Assembly (NCBI RefSeq): GCF_037042905.1
Contig: NC_087246.1
Location: forward strand, 9,054,001 to 9,118,000
Origin: Lytechinus pictus
Lineage: Eukaryota
DNA length: 64,000 nucleotides
Reading direction: 5' to 3'
Shown: in pieces, positions 44,273-57,500 of the stretch
Layout: every line of letters starts with the position of its first letter
Numbering within the stretch: position 1 is the stretch's first letter
Position numbers and translations under genes: made by a program
The notes under the pieces: model-generated
Database searches by the model: none
What the model was told of the DNA's origin: nothing
Seen by the model: the letters and a program-made list of their open reading frames with translations, nothing else

Positions 44273-45470
44273 TTTTTAATAGAAAGTTCATCTGATATCT
44301 GTTGCCATTTACTACATTTGCACAATTTTTTTATGTTGAAATAAGCAGAACATTATTCCCAGGAGTAATTATGAACATACTTGTTTTGGAAGCAGAAGGT
44401 GGAGAAGATGAAGAAGAAATTGGAGGGAGGCAGACTAATTAATTGTTTAGGAGCAAAGTGGAGCATAAGTGAGTCCTATGAAAAACTTTTTTTATATATA
44501 TAAAAATAGGTGTATATAAATCTTAAAAGGAATATCAATGCAATATGAAAAATAATAATTATGGCAATTTGAATATATTTAGATTGCAAAACCAAAGTCC
44601 TTAAATTGACCCATCTATCAATGTTGAGTTATCCAAGACCCCTATACTTTTTTCAAAGATGCATTGTTGTTAGTTAAAAGAAAGTATATGTGATTGGTAA
44701 AATCATGACAGGTCTTGATACTTGTGACTTACTGGTCAAACATTCCCCTCAAAGTAAACAATAAATTGTGTTTTAGACAAAATCTTGCAATTGAAATGGC
44801 TGGTCAGATGTTTGCTCTCAGCCAATCATTTGAATATACTGTGACAATATTTCAAGGCTTCTCAATGGTGCTCAAATCTACCTACTTTCATCTATGTGTT
44901 TCATATCTGAGGGTGGTTAACAAAGTATGACTTTAATCCACACTTGAATTCCTAGTTGTGTTAGGTATATAACAATGCTCAAGTGAAACTTGGTACTGCT
45001 AAATTATCAAAGAAATTTAACAATAAATTCACTTGTGCAGTGGCAGTTAAGTGTGCATGCAGTTGATAGGTCTGTGTATTAGTATGCAAGTGGGCAGTGA
45101 TCAAATCCCCCCTCTACACTATCTCATGAATCGCAAGACTGCCTATCTGGTAAAATTTAATCAATTTATTTTTCAAGTATGGTTCAATGATAATCCACCA
45201 TTGAAAGCAGTTTCAATATGTTTCATATGAGTCCATTTAATTTTATCACTTTTTTTAAAGGAAGTTATTTTTCCCCCAGAAGATGCATCCAAACAGAATT
45301 TGCTTCATCTATTTTCTCTTATTTTTCAAAACGTTTGATTTTCACTTTATTATAAAGCCGAAAGGCTGTACTTTTTTACAATGCCATTCTGAATGTGCAT
45401 CACCTTTTAACTGAGTCAAGATCACACATTTCCCCACCAATATACAAGACTTTTTTTGGGGGGGGGGGAG

Positions 45471-45600
45471 GAGGTGCCATGGCTGAGTGGTATAAGGCTC
45501 CTGACTAGATATTTGAAAGTCCAGGGTTTGATCCCCAGCCCAAGGCACCTATGCCAGTGAGCAAGGCATTCAATCTACAGTGCTCTTTTATCCTAAATTC
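45471..45600 (+). mobile_element. tRNA-derived SINE head
   Basis: A box TGGCTGAGTGG, B box GGTTTGATCCC, followed by GAGCAAGGCA core; no intact cloverleaf. Confidence 0.6.
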
Positions 45601-45732
45601 AAATAAATGGAAAAGACTTGTTTGAAATAGTTTTTTATCCCAAACAGAGTGGAATCCAATGTTCTGACTCTTTAGGGTGTGTGACCTCACAAGTAGCAGA
45701 GCAAACAATTGGTGTGGATTAGATGACCCTAA

Positions 45733-45889
45733 TGGGGTGTTGCAAGAAATTTGGGTTTGATTGCAAGCTTCTTACTAGCAATGCAAATTCAATTGGCGAT
45801 TGATTACAACTTAAAGTCGGTCCAGAGCAGCTGCAAATTTGTAGTTGATTTTCAATCAATTGCACCTCAAACTTACTTGCAACACCCCA
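45733..45889. mobile_element. Harbinger-like MITE
   Basis: TAA TSD, TGGGGTGTTGCAAG / CTTGCAACACCCCA TIRs. Confidence 0.78.
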
Positions 45890-47157
45890 TAAATCTAAAG
45901 ATTTATTTTTCCTTCTGCAACAATACACCCCAATAAAAGTAAATAAAGATGTAGAAAACCAATGACCAAATTAAAGGAGATGTAATGATCTTCATTCAGC
46001 TAATTAATTATGCAAGATCTGTCCTTGCCATGCATTGGATCAAAGAATCCACTTTTGAGGACCTTCCTACTGACTGGTATGATTTAAGTCGCACCTTATT
46101 CTGTGTTTAAAAAAAAGAATGGACCTTTAGATCTGTATTGCAATGTTAGTGCAATGTTCGTAATATTTGTCTCGCTCCTTGTTGGATGTCCTTGAGTGAT
46201 ATAAAAATGAAAGTTGTCACTGTCTTAAATTTATGCGTGCAAATGAATTAAATGTAATCATTTCATAACTGGAATGATTGAAACAAGATATAATCTGTGT
46301 GTTCTGTCCACAATTACCCAGTCTCTAAAATAATGCTAGCATTTCCAGGTTTTCATTAACAGTGTACTCTGGACCAAAAATAATATGATTTGATCAGATA
46401 AGATAAAATCAGACAAACAAAAAACTGAAAATTTCATCATTATTGGATAAGGAGTAACAAAGTAAGGGCATTTCAAAGTTTGCATTATTTTGGTGAAACA
46501 GCTCTCTGCATTTCTTCATGAATATGCAGTGAATCAGCTGATTGTATCATATCCCCACTTATTCTTGTGTATTTTATTATATGAAAGTACATCAAAATTT
46601 TGTCCACCAAGAATGAAAGAAATTTGATTGAATGTTAATGTAATGTATAAGGTAACTGCTGCAGCTTATCTTGTTACGAGTAAGACATATCCACATGAAT
46701 GAAAATATGATATAATTATGATATCATGTATTAAGAAAAAGGATAGTGGGGACATGACATCAGCGTCCATATTTTCACAAAATATTTCAATAACTTTGTT
46801 TGCTAATGTACGGTGTAAATATAGTCCTTTTAGAATTTATTCATTTTTCTTGATATATCAAGAAATACAATTTTTGATACCAAGAATCGAGTATCTTTAT
46901 ATCAAGGAATGTGTTCCTTTATATCAAGAACTAGAATAAAGTGTAAAAAGAACCAGAAAACCTGACCCGTCCGTTGCTTACTCGTTGGTAGTTTCGCTTG
47001 GCAACGTAGGCCTACGGAAGATTCAAGAACAGAGGAAACGTATCGTCAAATACCCGTCAGAGTGACAAAAAACAATAGAAGTCTTTGCCGAAAACTGTTG
47101 AACCGGAACGGCAGTTTCGTGCTAGTTTTGGAGCTGATGAAAAATTGTAATTGCATA

Positions 47158-49130
47158 CAGTCAGTCTGCAAGCCCCTATGTTAATGAGCAAGATTTATCC
47201 AAGTCCTCTCGTGGATGAATTCATATCCCTACAAAATCTCGTGAATTGTGAGACTTTTTTCTCAAAGAATTTAACCATTTTCTCCTTGAGTAAAATTGAT
47301 TATTTTTGTACCATAGGAAAGAGTAAACGTTACTCTTTTATATTGTTTATTTCTTTTGAATAAAATATTTTGATATAGGTGAATTTCAGGCCTGAAAAGA
47401 GGCCTCAAACAGAGTTTTCTTCTGTTTTCTCTTGCAAATTGTGCAAAATTTTGTGTTTTGGGCACAAACATCATTTATATCATCAGAAAGCTCAAACTCT
47501 CTACTTTCATACAATGTCACTCTTGATATGTGACACCTTTTAGATGGGTCAGCAGCCAGGCTTTTCCATCAAGATGCAAGACGAGATTTCAGAATTTTTT
47601 AGTAGCATAAAATCTAAAGTTCTGATTGGCTGAGTAATGTTTTCAAAACAACAGGCGCGGGTAATTTGAAGAGATTACCACATGTTGAGTGTGACCTTCA
47701 GAGGCCCAGTGTGGGAACATTGGAATTTGCGTGGGTGTGTGGTCTCTATGACCAATCAGAGAACAGTATTCTTGTTTTTGAGCTGCTAAATGTACTTGGC
47801 CTATGAAAAGCTGGCTGCTGACCCATCTAAAATACCTCTTCTTATAAAAGTTATATCATATTAATGCTTAGATCTTCAGCTTTATCATAATATAAAAACC
47901 ATTTTTGCTCAAACAGAAATTAAGATTAAAAACAACAACTTTTGTTGCATTTTTGTCTCACCTGCATAGCAGAGTGAGACTATAGGCGCCGCTTTTCCGA
48001 CGGCGGCGGCGGCGTCAACACCAAATCTTAACCTGAGGTTAAGTTTTTGAAATGACAGCATAACTTAGAAAGTATATGGACCTAGTTCATGAAACTTGGC
48101 CATAAGGTTAATCAAGTATTACTGAACATCCTGCCTGAGTTTCATGTCACATGACCAAGGTCAAAGGTCATTTAGGGTAAATGAACTTAGACCATGTTGG
48201 GGGAATCAACATCAAAATCTTAACCTAAGGTTAAGTTTTTGAAATGTCATCATAACTTTGAAAGTTTATGGATCTGATTCATGAAACTCAGACATAATAG
48301 TAATCAAGTATTACTGAACATCCTGTGCAAGTTTCAGGTCACATGATCAAGGTCAAAGGTCATTTAGGGTCAATGAACTTTGGCCAAATTGGGGTATTTG
48401 TTGAATTACAGCCATAAATTTGAAAGTGTGTTGGTCTAGTTCATAAAACTTGGACATAAGAGTAATCAAGTATCACTGAACATCCTGTGCACATTTTAGG
48501 TCACATGACCAAGGTCAAAGGTCAATGAACTTTGGCCATAATGGGGGTATCTGTTGAATTACCATCATAACTTTGAAAGTTGATGGATCTGACTCTTGAA
48601 ACTTGGACATAAGACTAATCAAGTATCACTGAGTTTCAGGTCACATGATCAAGGTCAAAGGTCATGTAAGGTCAAAGAACTTTGGCCACGTTGGGGGTAT
48701 TTGTTGAATTGCCATCATATCTCTATAAGTGTATTGGTCTAGTTCATAACACGTGGTAATAAGAGTAACCAAGTATCACTGAACATCTTGAGCGAGTTAT
48801 AGTAGTTTTCAAAATCAGCACTGCTGCTATATTGAATCGCGTGATGCAGGTGAGACGGCCAGAGGCATTCCACTTGTTATGTTTTAGATCAAAAGTTTCC
48901 CCTATATTACAACGTATTTTTAAAAATCCAAACACATGACCTGATAGAATGACTTTTCTTCTTTATAAAGCTACCAAAACATGAAATTTGGTTAATATCT
49001 AGAGCAGCAATGGCCGAATAAAAAGAGGTGTTTTGGTCCGCACCAAGCTCATTAACAATGCAAAACCACTCTAGTCATGAATATCACTTGGATAAAAGAA
49101 GCCACTTTTTGAGGGCTTGCCGTTTGACTG
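47158..49130. mobile_element. Old Tc1/mariner-like element with internal IR (47538-47832), hosting the 47950 HINE
   Basis: TA-CAGTCAGTCTGCAAGCCC / GGGCTTGCCGTTTGACTG degenerate TIRs; internal TTTTAGATGGGTCAGCAGCCAG inverted pair. Confidence 0.5.
47950..48878 (+). mobile_element. HINE/DINE-1-like element, same family as 1567-2510
   Basis: Termini essentially identical to the reverse complement of 1567-2510; internal repeat array differs in unit composition. Confidence 0.85.
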
Positions 49131-49521
49131 CATAGTTTGTCTAAAACAAAAGACTTAACTGCTGTTTGTAACGTAGTTCACTATATTGATTATATTTCCC
49201 ATAGACATCTTTGTGCCCTGTCATGACGGGCATTTTAGAATTATACATTTCCTCCGTCGCTGCATGAGTGAAAACTCTGATGATGAACCGATTCTTGTTC
49301 TAATTGACGGCGGAACACGATTTATGAAAAGAATGATATTCAGAGGACATGGCATACACATGATAAAAGGTTGAATTCATTAACAAATCGTGTCCATCTC
49401 TAAAAGTCTAATTCTCTCAACACGCGTAATTGACCAATACAAGGATTGTGGCGTATCGGATTGGGCCGGGGAGAGGGGATGGAAGCGTTGCTATTGTGAC
49501 CGCGCAAGGGGGTGGTAAGGT

Positions 49522-50067
49522 CCGGGGGGGGGGGGGGGCACTCGACCAAAAAAGTGGTACTCGGGGTGTGCCGCGGGCGAGACAAAAAACGGGCCTTGGC
49601 CCTTGGAGCGGGCTTATTGTAAAAAGGAGGGTCCTCGGAACGGGCTTTGGAACTACAATTTTGTGAAAACGGGGGTCCTTGGAACGGATCGCCAGCGTGT
49701 GAGTGCGTATGCATCCCTATGGAACGGGCATGCGTGCATGATGCAGCTAGCCCGGTCGCCGGGTGCGCTCGCGCAGAGGCGATGGTCGGACAGCGCTCTG
49801 CGGCCGCTTTTCACCAAAATTGCAGCTCATTGTAGCAGATCAATGCGACCGGAACGGCGTAATTATGCGAAGCTTTGGAGCGGATTTCTTTCTTCTTTTT
49901 TCTCGATAAGAAGAAAATGCTATGCTTTGGAGCGGCTTTCTTTGTTCTTTTTCTCAATAAGACAAAAATGCTATGCCTTGGAACGGAAATTTGAGTGTAA
50001 AAATGGGGGTCCCCTCCGCGGCACATACCCACTATGCATTATATACTGAGTGCCCCCCCCCCCCCGG
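49522..50067. mobile_element. TIR element with poly-G/poly-C ends
   Basis: CCG(n)CACTC ... GAGTGC(n)GG flanked by TAAGGT direct repeats. Confidence 0.82.
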
Positions 50068-50179
50068 TAAGGTCCCAAGGTCGAACTTTAGTTGCTTGCC
50101 AAAGCATGGACCTATAGGTCCATGGCCAAAGGGGGCAAACATAATTAGAAATGGTCCGAACCATAACTTGAGATCTTAA

Positions 50180-50925
50180 CCCTTAATAGACTGGGCTATT
50201 TCGACGCCTAAGAAGACTGGGAGGGGGGGGGGGGCTGATTCAGCCCCCCCCCCCTAATGATCTCAGCCGTCGATCGCGTGTTACCCATGGCAATATCTAC
50301 AAAACTATAATATCAAATTCTGCGAAAAATCTCATTGCTCATTATGTTAATTTATGCGTAAAATCATAAGTTTGCTCTAATTAACAAAATAATGCCCCTA
50401 AAATGCTAATTTTTGTTTCACATACTCTTTATAAGCATCTGATTAAATCTATTTTTTTTTAAATGTCAACATCACATTAATTTTTTATGTATTTTATTGT
50501 TTTCTAAATTTCTTATGTATTTCTTTGTTTTTCGAGTTTTTGTTTTTTATTGTTTTTTTCAATGGAAATTGTCGGAGACTTTATTTTGACCATAAACAAG
50601 ATAAAATTAATTGATTTTAAGCAGTAAAAGGAAAAATATGATACATTTTATGATTTTTGGCTAAAAACACTAATTGCATTGGATTTGTACACAAATTCAC
50701 GTTTTTGAGCAATATTGGGTCTGCATGCACTTACAAAATGTTGTGTAATTTCGGAACCGCGTACCCGGGGGTCAGGGGTCACAATTTTGGTCTCAAAAGT
50801 TGCGCGAGACTTGAAAGTAAAAAGTCAGCGAGTGACGCGGTAAAAAGAATTCGCGCGGCAGATTTATCGCGAAACATGTTGAGGGGGGGCTGAATCAGCC
50901 TCCCCCCCCCCCAGTCTTCTTAGGG
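50180..50925. mobile_element. piggyBac-like MITE
   Basis: TTAA TSD, CCCT...AGGG termini, asymmetric subterminal IR CCTAAGAAGACTGGG..GGCTGATTCAGCCC. Confidence 0.88.
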
Positions 50926-51511
50926 TTAAGGGTGCGATTTCTCCCCTGCTAAATCTCCAGGTATTGGAAACATATTCATGGAAAGGAAGAACAGGACTTT
51001 AGTATAAAACCGAGGCAGCCCAAATATAGGCCTAGCATCCTCTGGATTTCAACCAGGAAACAGGAAGTTCGTTCGCTACCGCAGTTCATGATTGCTCTCG
51101 AAAACCATATAAACTCCACTCTAATTTTCTTCCTGAAATACAGAAATAGATAGGTGTATATGGAGTGTGTATGCATAGAGCTAATAGCTCCATGGTGTAT
51201 GTATGTATGTGAGTGTAAAAGAGAAAGAGCATGTCGTTTAGTGGGGTGGGCTGTCTGATAAAGAACGATAAATATATCAAATTGAAAGTTATAGATTAGG
51301 GGCGGGAAATTAAATTTAAAGTCACTAGAACATCATGTGATTACCTCTGGTATCGGTTATTCACTCGGCGATGTTAATTACCGAATCCCTGTTTCACAAT
51401 TCAATCGCTTCTTTTACAGGGGATTTCGGCTTGGTGATTACAGTATAGGCCTATATTATTTGCAAGATATTGTTCAAAGTCATAACATTTCATCGCATTT
51501 AGCAGACAATA

Positions 51512-54500
51512 ATGGCGGCGAAAGACCTTGTGATATATTTCTGTTTTTTCTTCACACCGTTCTGTCTTGTGTCGTGTGAACTGTCTTGCAAAGATCCCAA
51601 CGGAGACGATGTAGACTGGTAAGTTTATACATGATGTATGTTCTCGTTAGTCATCTAAATGAATCATAATGGGCATATAGCCATGATAGCAAAGGGAAAA
51701 AAGATGATGCTGCAGAATTAATTGGCGCCTCGTTTGAATTAAATGGTCATTTCCTATTTTCCCCTCGAGTGTGCTGTTGTCTTTTATCTCGCTGATGTAA
51801 AAAATAATCACATTACAGTATAGATCTTCATCTTTGATCTCTGACAATATTTCACCTGGATTTGATTGCTTGTAAAATATGCACTGAGATAATGAAAATA
51901 GGGACGTATATACCACTCTAATACCTTGGTCACATTTGCTCTACGGCGGCCGTACGGCGAGTCGAAAACAGCCGTTTCAACATTTTTTGTACCAACTACA
52001 TATATGTGGTTTGAATTAAAATTAATAAACGGCTGTTTTCGATACGGCCGCCGTAGAGCAAATTTGACCAAGGTATTATTAGAAGCGATCAGCCGAGAGT
52101 GAGAGACGGTTTCCAATTCCCTAGCTACATGCATGCAGCACAGTAAAGACCATGATACAGAATGGCAAGGATACACGTAAATTTGCAAATTGTCTCTGGA
52201 AAGATAATTTTGATGAACAGCGAGAATTTAACTTTTTTCTTGTGACAGAAATACTCATAATGGAAATAAATATAAATTTGAGAAAAATATAGCCGATTGA
52301 GCGCTTCTGTGAAGAATATAGATAAATTCCACTTTCAATCAGTTTATAAGTGTCCCAATCATCAAAATTTTCGTTTCTGGAATTCAATTAACATACAAAA
52401 ATGTAATTAGACAACGAGTTATGATTAAAAAAACTTTATCTACTTCCATAACAAAGTGAATTGCAGTACGTGATGGCAATCGCTTTGAAAGAAAAAAAAC
52501 CTTTATTATTTTGTTTTCTTTTAGTGGGATATGCGATTTTGGTTACAATATAGATCACAAATATAAATAACGGATGTTATTAATGATTACTTCGACTGTA
52601 TTAATGTATCAATATATTTATTCATTATTCATATCATTACTTTGTAGTAATATGATCATGCACACTGAATGGAGTGAATAATTACGTATCCTATGGGTGT
52701 CAATATCACGATAGATTATTTAAAACACTATATTATTGTTGACAGTTTTAATTCATTTTTGTCGCGCCTGCATAGCAGAGCGAGATTATAGGCGCTGCTT
52801 TTCCGACGGCGGAGGTGGCGGCGTCAACATCAAATCTTAACCGAAGGTTAAATTTTTTTGAAATGTTTTTTTTTTTTACGAGGCTGCCATCATTTTCAAG
52901 CTTAATTAACAGCTCACAATGGCGGTCTGCCGCATTCGTTTAAACTGATATTTTCTTTTAATTGAACATTGCTTCTTGTTGATATTTTTGTATTGCTTTA
53001 TTATGACTTTTTTTGTAGAACTTAAATGTATCACCTATAGATGTTGCATATTTATCTTGAATGCAGAAATAAAATAAAATCAATCAATCAATTAAATATC
53101 ATAACTTAGAAAGGACATAGTTCATGAAACTTGGACATAAGGGTTATTAAAATCCTATCTGACTTTGAGGTCACATAAGGTCAAATGCCATTTAGGGTCA
53201 ATGAACTTTGGCCATGTTGGGGTATTTGTTGATTCCCATCATAAATTTGAACGTTTATGGATCTATAGTTCAAGAAACTTGGACATAGGAGTAATCAAGT
53301 ATCATTGCACATCCTTTTTTATTCATTTCATGGTTTATTTATTTCCAGTAAAAACAGTCATACACATACTGCAGCTAAAAAGCTGAAATGTATGTATTTA
53401 CAAAGGTATAACAATTGCACATGTAGCATAAAACAATTATGTAATAATGATAAAACTAATGGTACATTAAAAAAATTCCAGTATACAATGAAATTACAAA
53501 GAAAATATACACTTTACGAGTTATTAAGAAGATCAATAAAATACGGTATTGCACTATGTTTAAAACGGGAGGTCCTGCATTTGTATTGCATATACTTTTG
53601 TTTATTGCGTAAAGTCATGCCAACAACGTTCCTTTCCGGTAACCAGTTTTTACAATGTGGATTTTTGCTTACAGATACTGCAAAATCAGAGCATAATTGT
53701 TCACGTCTATCTTTTAGTGTAACCAGTTTGCATCGTTTTAAAGCATCTTCATAAGTTGAAAAACTTTTGCCTAAGATAATTGTATAAACTCTTTTATGGA
53801 TTCTTTCTAGTTTCTGTACATGATCTAAAGTTAAACTTCGATTAAACACAGGCACACAATATTCTAAAACAGGGCGGATGTATCCGATATATATTTGTAT
53901 TAAGTCAGAAATTGGTAATTTATATTTTTTCACTAATCTAAACATATAGAGCTTTTTATTGCACTTTTTTTAACATTTCATTGATATGGAAGTCCCATTT
54001 TAAATTATGTTGGATATAAACTCCTAAAATCTTTAAAGGAGAATGAAACCCTTGAAACCAGCTGAATCCATATCAAAGAGAAAAATCAAAGAAACATATT
54101 GTTGAAAGTTTGAGGAAGATTGAATGAATAATAAGAAAGTTATGAGCATTTGGATATTGAGATCACTAATGCCATGTAGTTCCTCCCATTGGCAATGCGA
54201 CCAAGATCTGTGATGTCACACACGTACAACTCCCTCATTACTTTAGTACTTATTTCACTTATATTCTCACTTTTATAGAGTCTATCACAAGGTGAGGTGT
54301 TCTCTTTATGAGAGGACAAGTACAGAGGTTTCACAACATTATATCATTGATGAATCGTTTGTCATATGATTAGAATGAGCAAAAAGAGATGTTTTGGGGT
54401 ATATTTCAGTGTCCAAAAGGGGTGAGTTGTTCATCTGTGACATCATAGATCTTGGTCGCATTGCCAATAGGAGGATCTCCATAGCATTAGTGATCTCGAC

Positions 54501-57500
54501 ATTCAAATGCTCATAACTCTTCTATTGCTAGTCCTATTTTACTCAAACTTTTGTTGATCTTATTCTTTGATTGTTCTGCTTTCACAAAAGCTAACTTGCT
54601 CCAAGAGTTTCATTCTCCTTTAAGGTATCAACATAAGGCAGTTCTGATTCGCCGATATGCAAAGACTCACATAAGGGTGCATTTTTCATAAATGTTATGT
54701 TCATTGCCATACACTTACTAGGATTTAGTGTCATATGATTACTGTCTGTCCATTCTAATAAATCATCTAATACATTTTGTAATATTGATAGTTTTTGTAA
54801 CTTGTAAGTTTCTGTTTTCAAGTAACGTGAGATCATCAACGTATTTGAAATAAGGCAACAATTGTTCTTGACAAGCATCATTAAACATAATCAAAAATAA
54901 AATGGGTCTTAATTTCGTGCCTTGGGGCACTCCGGCGTGGGTGGTTACATATTCTGAAAAGTTATTCTGATATTTTACGCACTGAGATCTTTGTTCTAAA
55001 AAACTAATGATCCAATCAATAATATACGGTCTAACTCTAAAATCAATTAATTTTCTAACCAAAGTATTATGGTCCAACTTGTCAAACGCTTTGGAAAAAT
55101 CAGTACAAATAATAGTTGATATAGATTTTGGTTTCTCACAATTTTCTAAAATACTGTGTAATAATTTGATGAGATAATGCGATGTTGATAATCCAGGAAT
55201 GTTGCCATATTGGTTTAAATCAATACATTGAGAAACATCTTCCAAAAGCCATTTAACAATAAAGGATTCTGCTATTTTAGAGAGACGGCTTGTTAGAGCA
55301 ATTGGGCGTAGTTGAGTAATAGTAGGGGGTTGTGACTTTGGGAGAGGAACAATTTGACTTTTTTTCCACTGCCATGGTACAATACCTAAATTAAAAGATG
55401 CATTTAAGATATCTGTTACAGGTTTACTAAATTCATAAGCAAATTCACGTAAAATGCGAGGTGGAAGGTCTTCCTTCAAACCTGCTTTATTGCTCTTTAT
55501 CTTTCGAAGGGCATTGTATACTTCATATTGTTGAACTCCAGGGCATTTTGAATTTGAAGGCAAGTATGCAGGCAATCTGTTCTTGTCAAGAGGTTCTAGA
55601 TCCTTAGTTACTGATATAAATTGTTCATTGATAGCATCAGCTATTTTTATATAACATTTAGGGTCATTATTTGAAACACCTTCTACACTTATAACAGGGG
55701 TGTTTACCTGGCCTTTAGTTATTATCTTAATTTGTTTATACCAAGCACCTGGCTTTGTAGTTTTGAGATGTGATATACGAGTATTATAATAATATTTTTT
55801 TCTATAACTTATCATTCTATTTATTTTATTTCGTAAACGTCGAAAAAGCGTTTTATTTTTTGTTTGAAAGGCCCTTTCCCTTTGAATAAACATATCTTTT
55901 ATTTGTGGAGTCATCCATTCCTTATCATTGTCATTTAGTTCTACTTCTTTGGTAGGTAGAAATTCATTCAATTTAGATAATACATAATTAGAAAACAAAG
56001 AACACTTATCAGAAGGTTCCGATGGTTGTAACACATCACTCCAAGAATTTTGTGTGACCCACTGACCAAATAATCGTAATCTACTATCAGGAATAGGACG
56101 TACAATTCTTTTTTTAACTTTCTTTGTTGAACGTGTTATAGATGGCAAAGGTGATAATAAAATACAATTATGATCACTTCTACCAAGGGGTGAAAGTGTA
56201 GTCACTGATAAGAATTTTTTTTCACAATTTGTAATAATTTTATCTAGTATATTATCCTCTCTAGTTGGCACATTTACAATTTGATTAAAATTTTCAAGAT
56301 TAATAATACTCTGAACATCTAGGTCATTCATATCACCTACTTTAAATATACCAGCATTTGGATGTTGTAAAAGTACAATATCAATAGTTGAAGTAATATG
56401 TCTGATATATTCATTTTGATATTGACAGCGAGGTGGAAAGTACATAACACACAGTGGCGGATCCATGGGGGTGGCGCAGGGGGCGCGCGCCCCCTAATCT
56501 TTGAGCGGCGCCGCTCAAAAGAAAATAAAAAACAAGTAAAAGAAAGAAAAGGCGCTGCTTGAAAAAATAAAGGAAAGAAAAGAAAAGGCGCCGCTTAAAA
56601 AATTATACACTGATATAATATTTGCAACAGTAAGGAAAGACTATCCCCCAGCAAAGCACAATCATATCATCTTCCTTATCTTTTCTTTTAACTACCCTTT
56701 TCCCAACAACTTCGCCGGTTAAAAATAATCAGCAGTGCGCTGCTTGCATATAACTGGCGCCAATCAAGAATAATCAGCGCCACCTTAATCTAAATCGGCG
56801 CCGGACAAGAATAATCAGCGCCATTTGGTTATAAATCGGCGCCATCAGTCGAGAAAAATCGGCACTGCCAGAGTCTTAACCGGCGCCGATCAAGGATAAT
56901 CTGCGCCACCTAAATCTTAATCGGCACCAGATAAAAATAATCGGCGCCATCTGGTTATAAATCGGCGCCGGTACAGAAAAATCGACGCTGCATGAGTTCT
57001 TAACCGGCGCCGATCAAGGATAATCAGCGCCACCTAAATCTAAATCGGGGCCGGACAAGAATAATCAGCGCCATCTGGTTATAAATCGGCGCTGCCAGAG
57101 TCTTAACCGGCGCCGATCAAGAATAATCAGCTCCACCTAAATCTAAATCGGCGCCGGGCAAGAATTAACGGCACCATCTGGTTATAAATCGGCGCCGGTA
57201 AAGAAAAATCGGCGCTGCCTGAGTTCGTAACCGGCGCCGATCAAGGATTATCAGCGCCACCTATATCTGAATTGGGGCTGGTCAAGAATAATCAGCGCCA
57301 TCTGGTTATAAATCGGCGCTGCCTGAGTCTTAACTGGCGCCGATCAAGAATAATCAGCTCCACCTAAATCTAAATCGGCGCCGGTCAAGAATAATCAGCA
57401 CCACCTGGTTAAAAATCGGCGCCAGTCAAGAATAATCGGCGCCTCCTGGTTCTAAATCGGCGCCAGTCAATTATGAATTGCCGCTGCCTGAATATTACGT

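Noticed and set aside
45471..45545. tRNA gene
   Set aside because: A and B boxes are present but the stems do not close and a SINE core follows.
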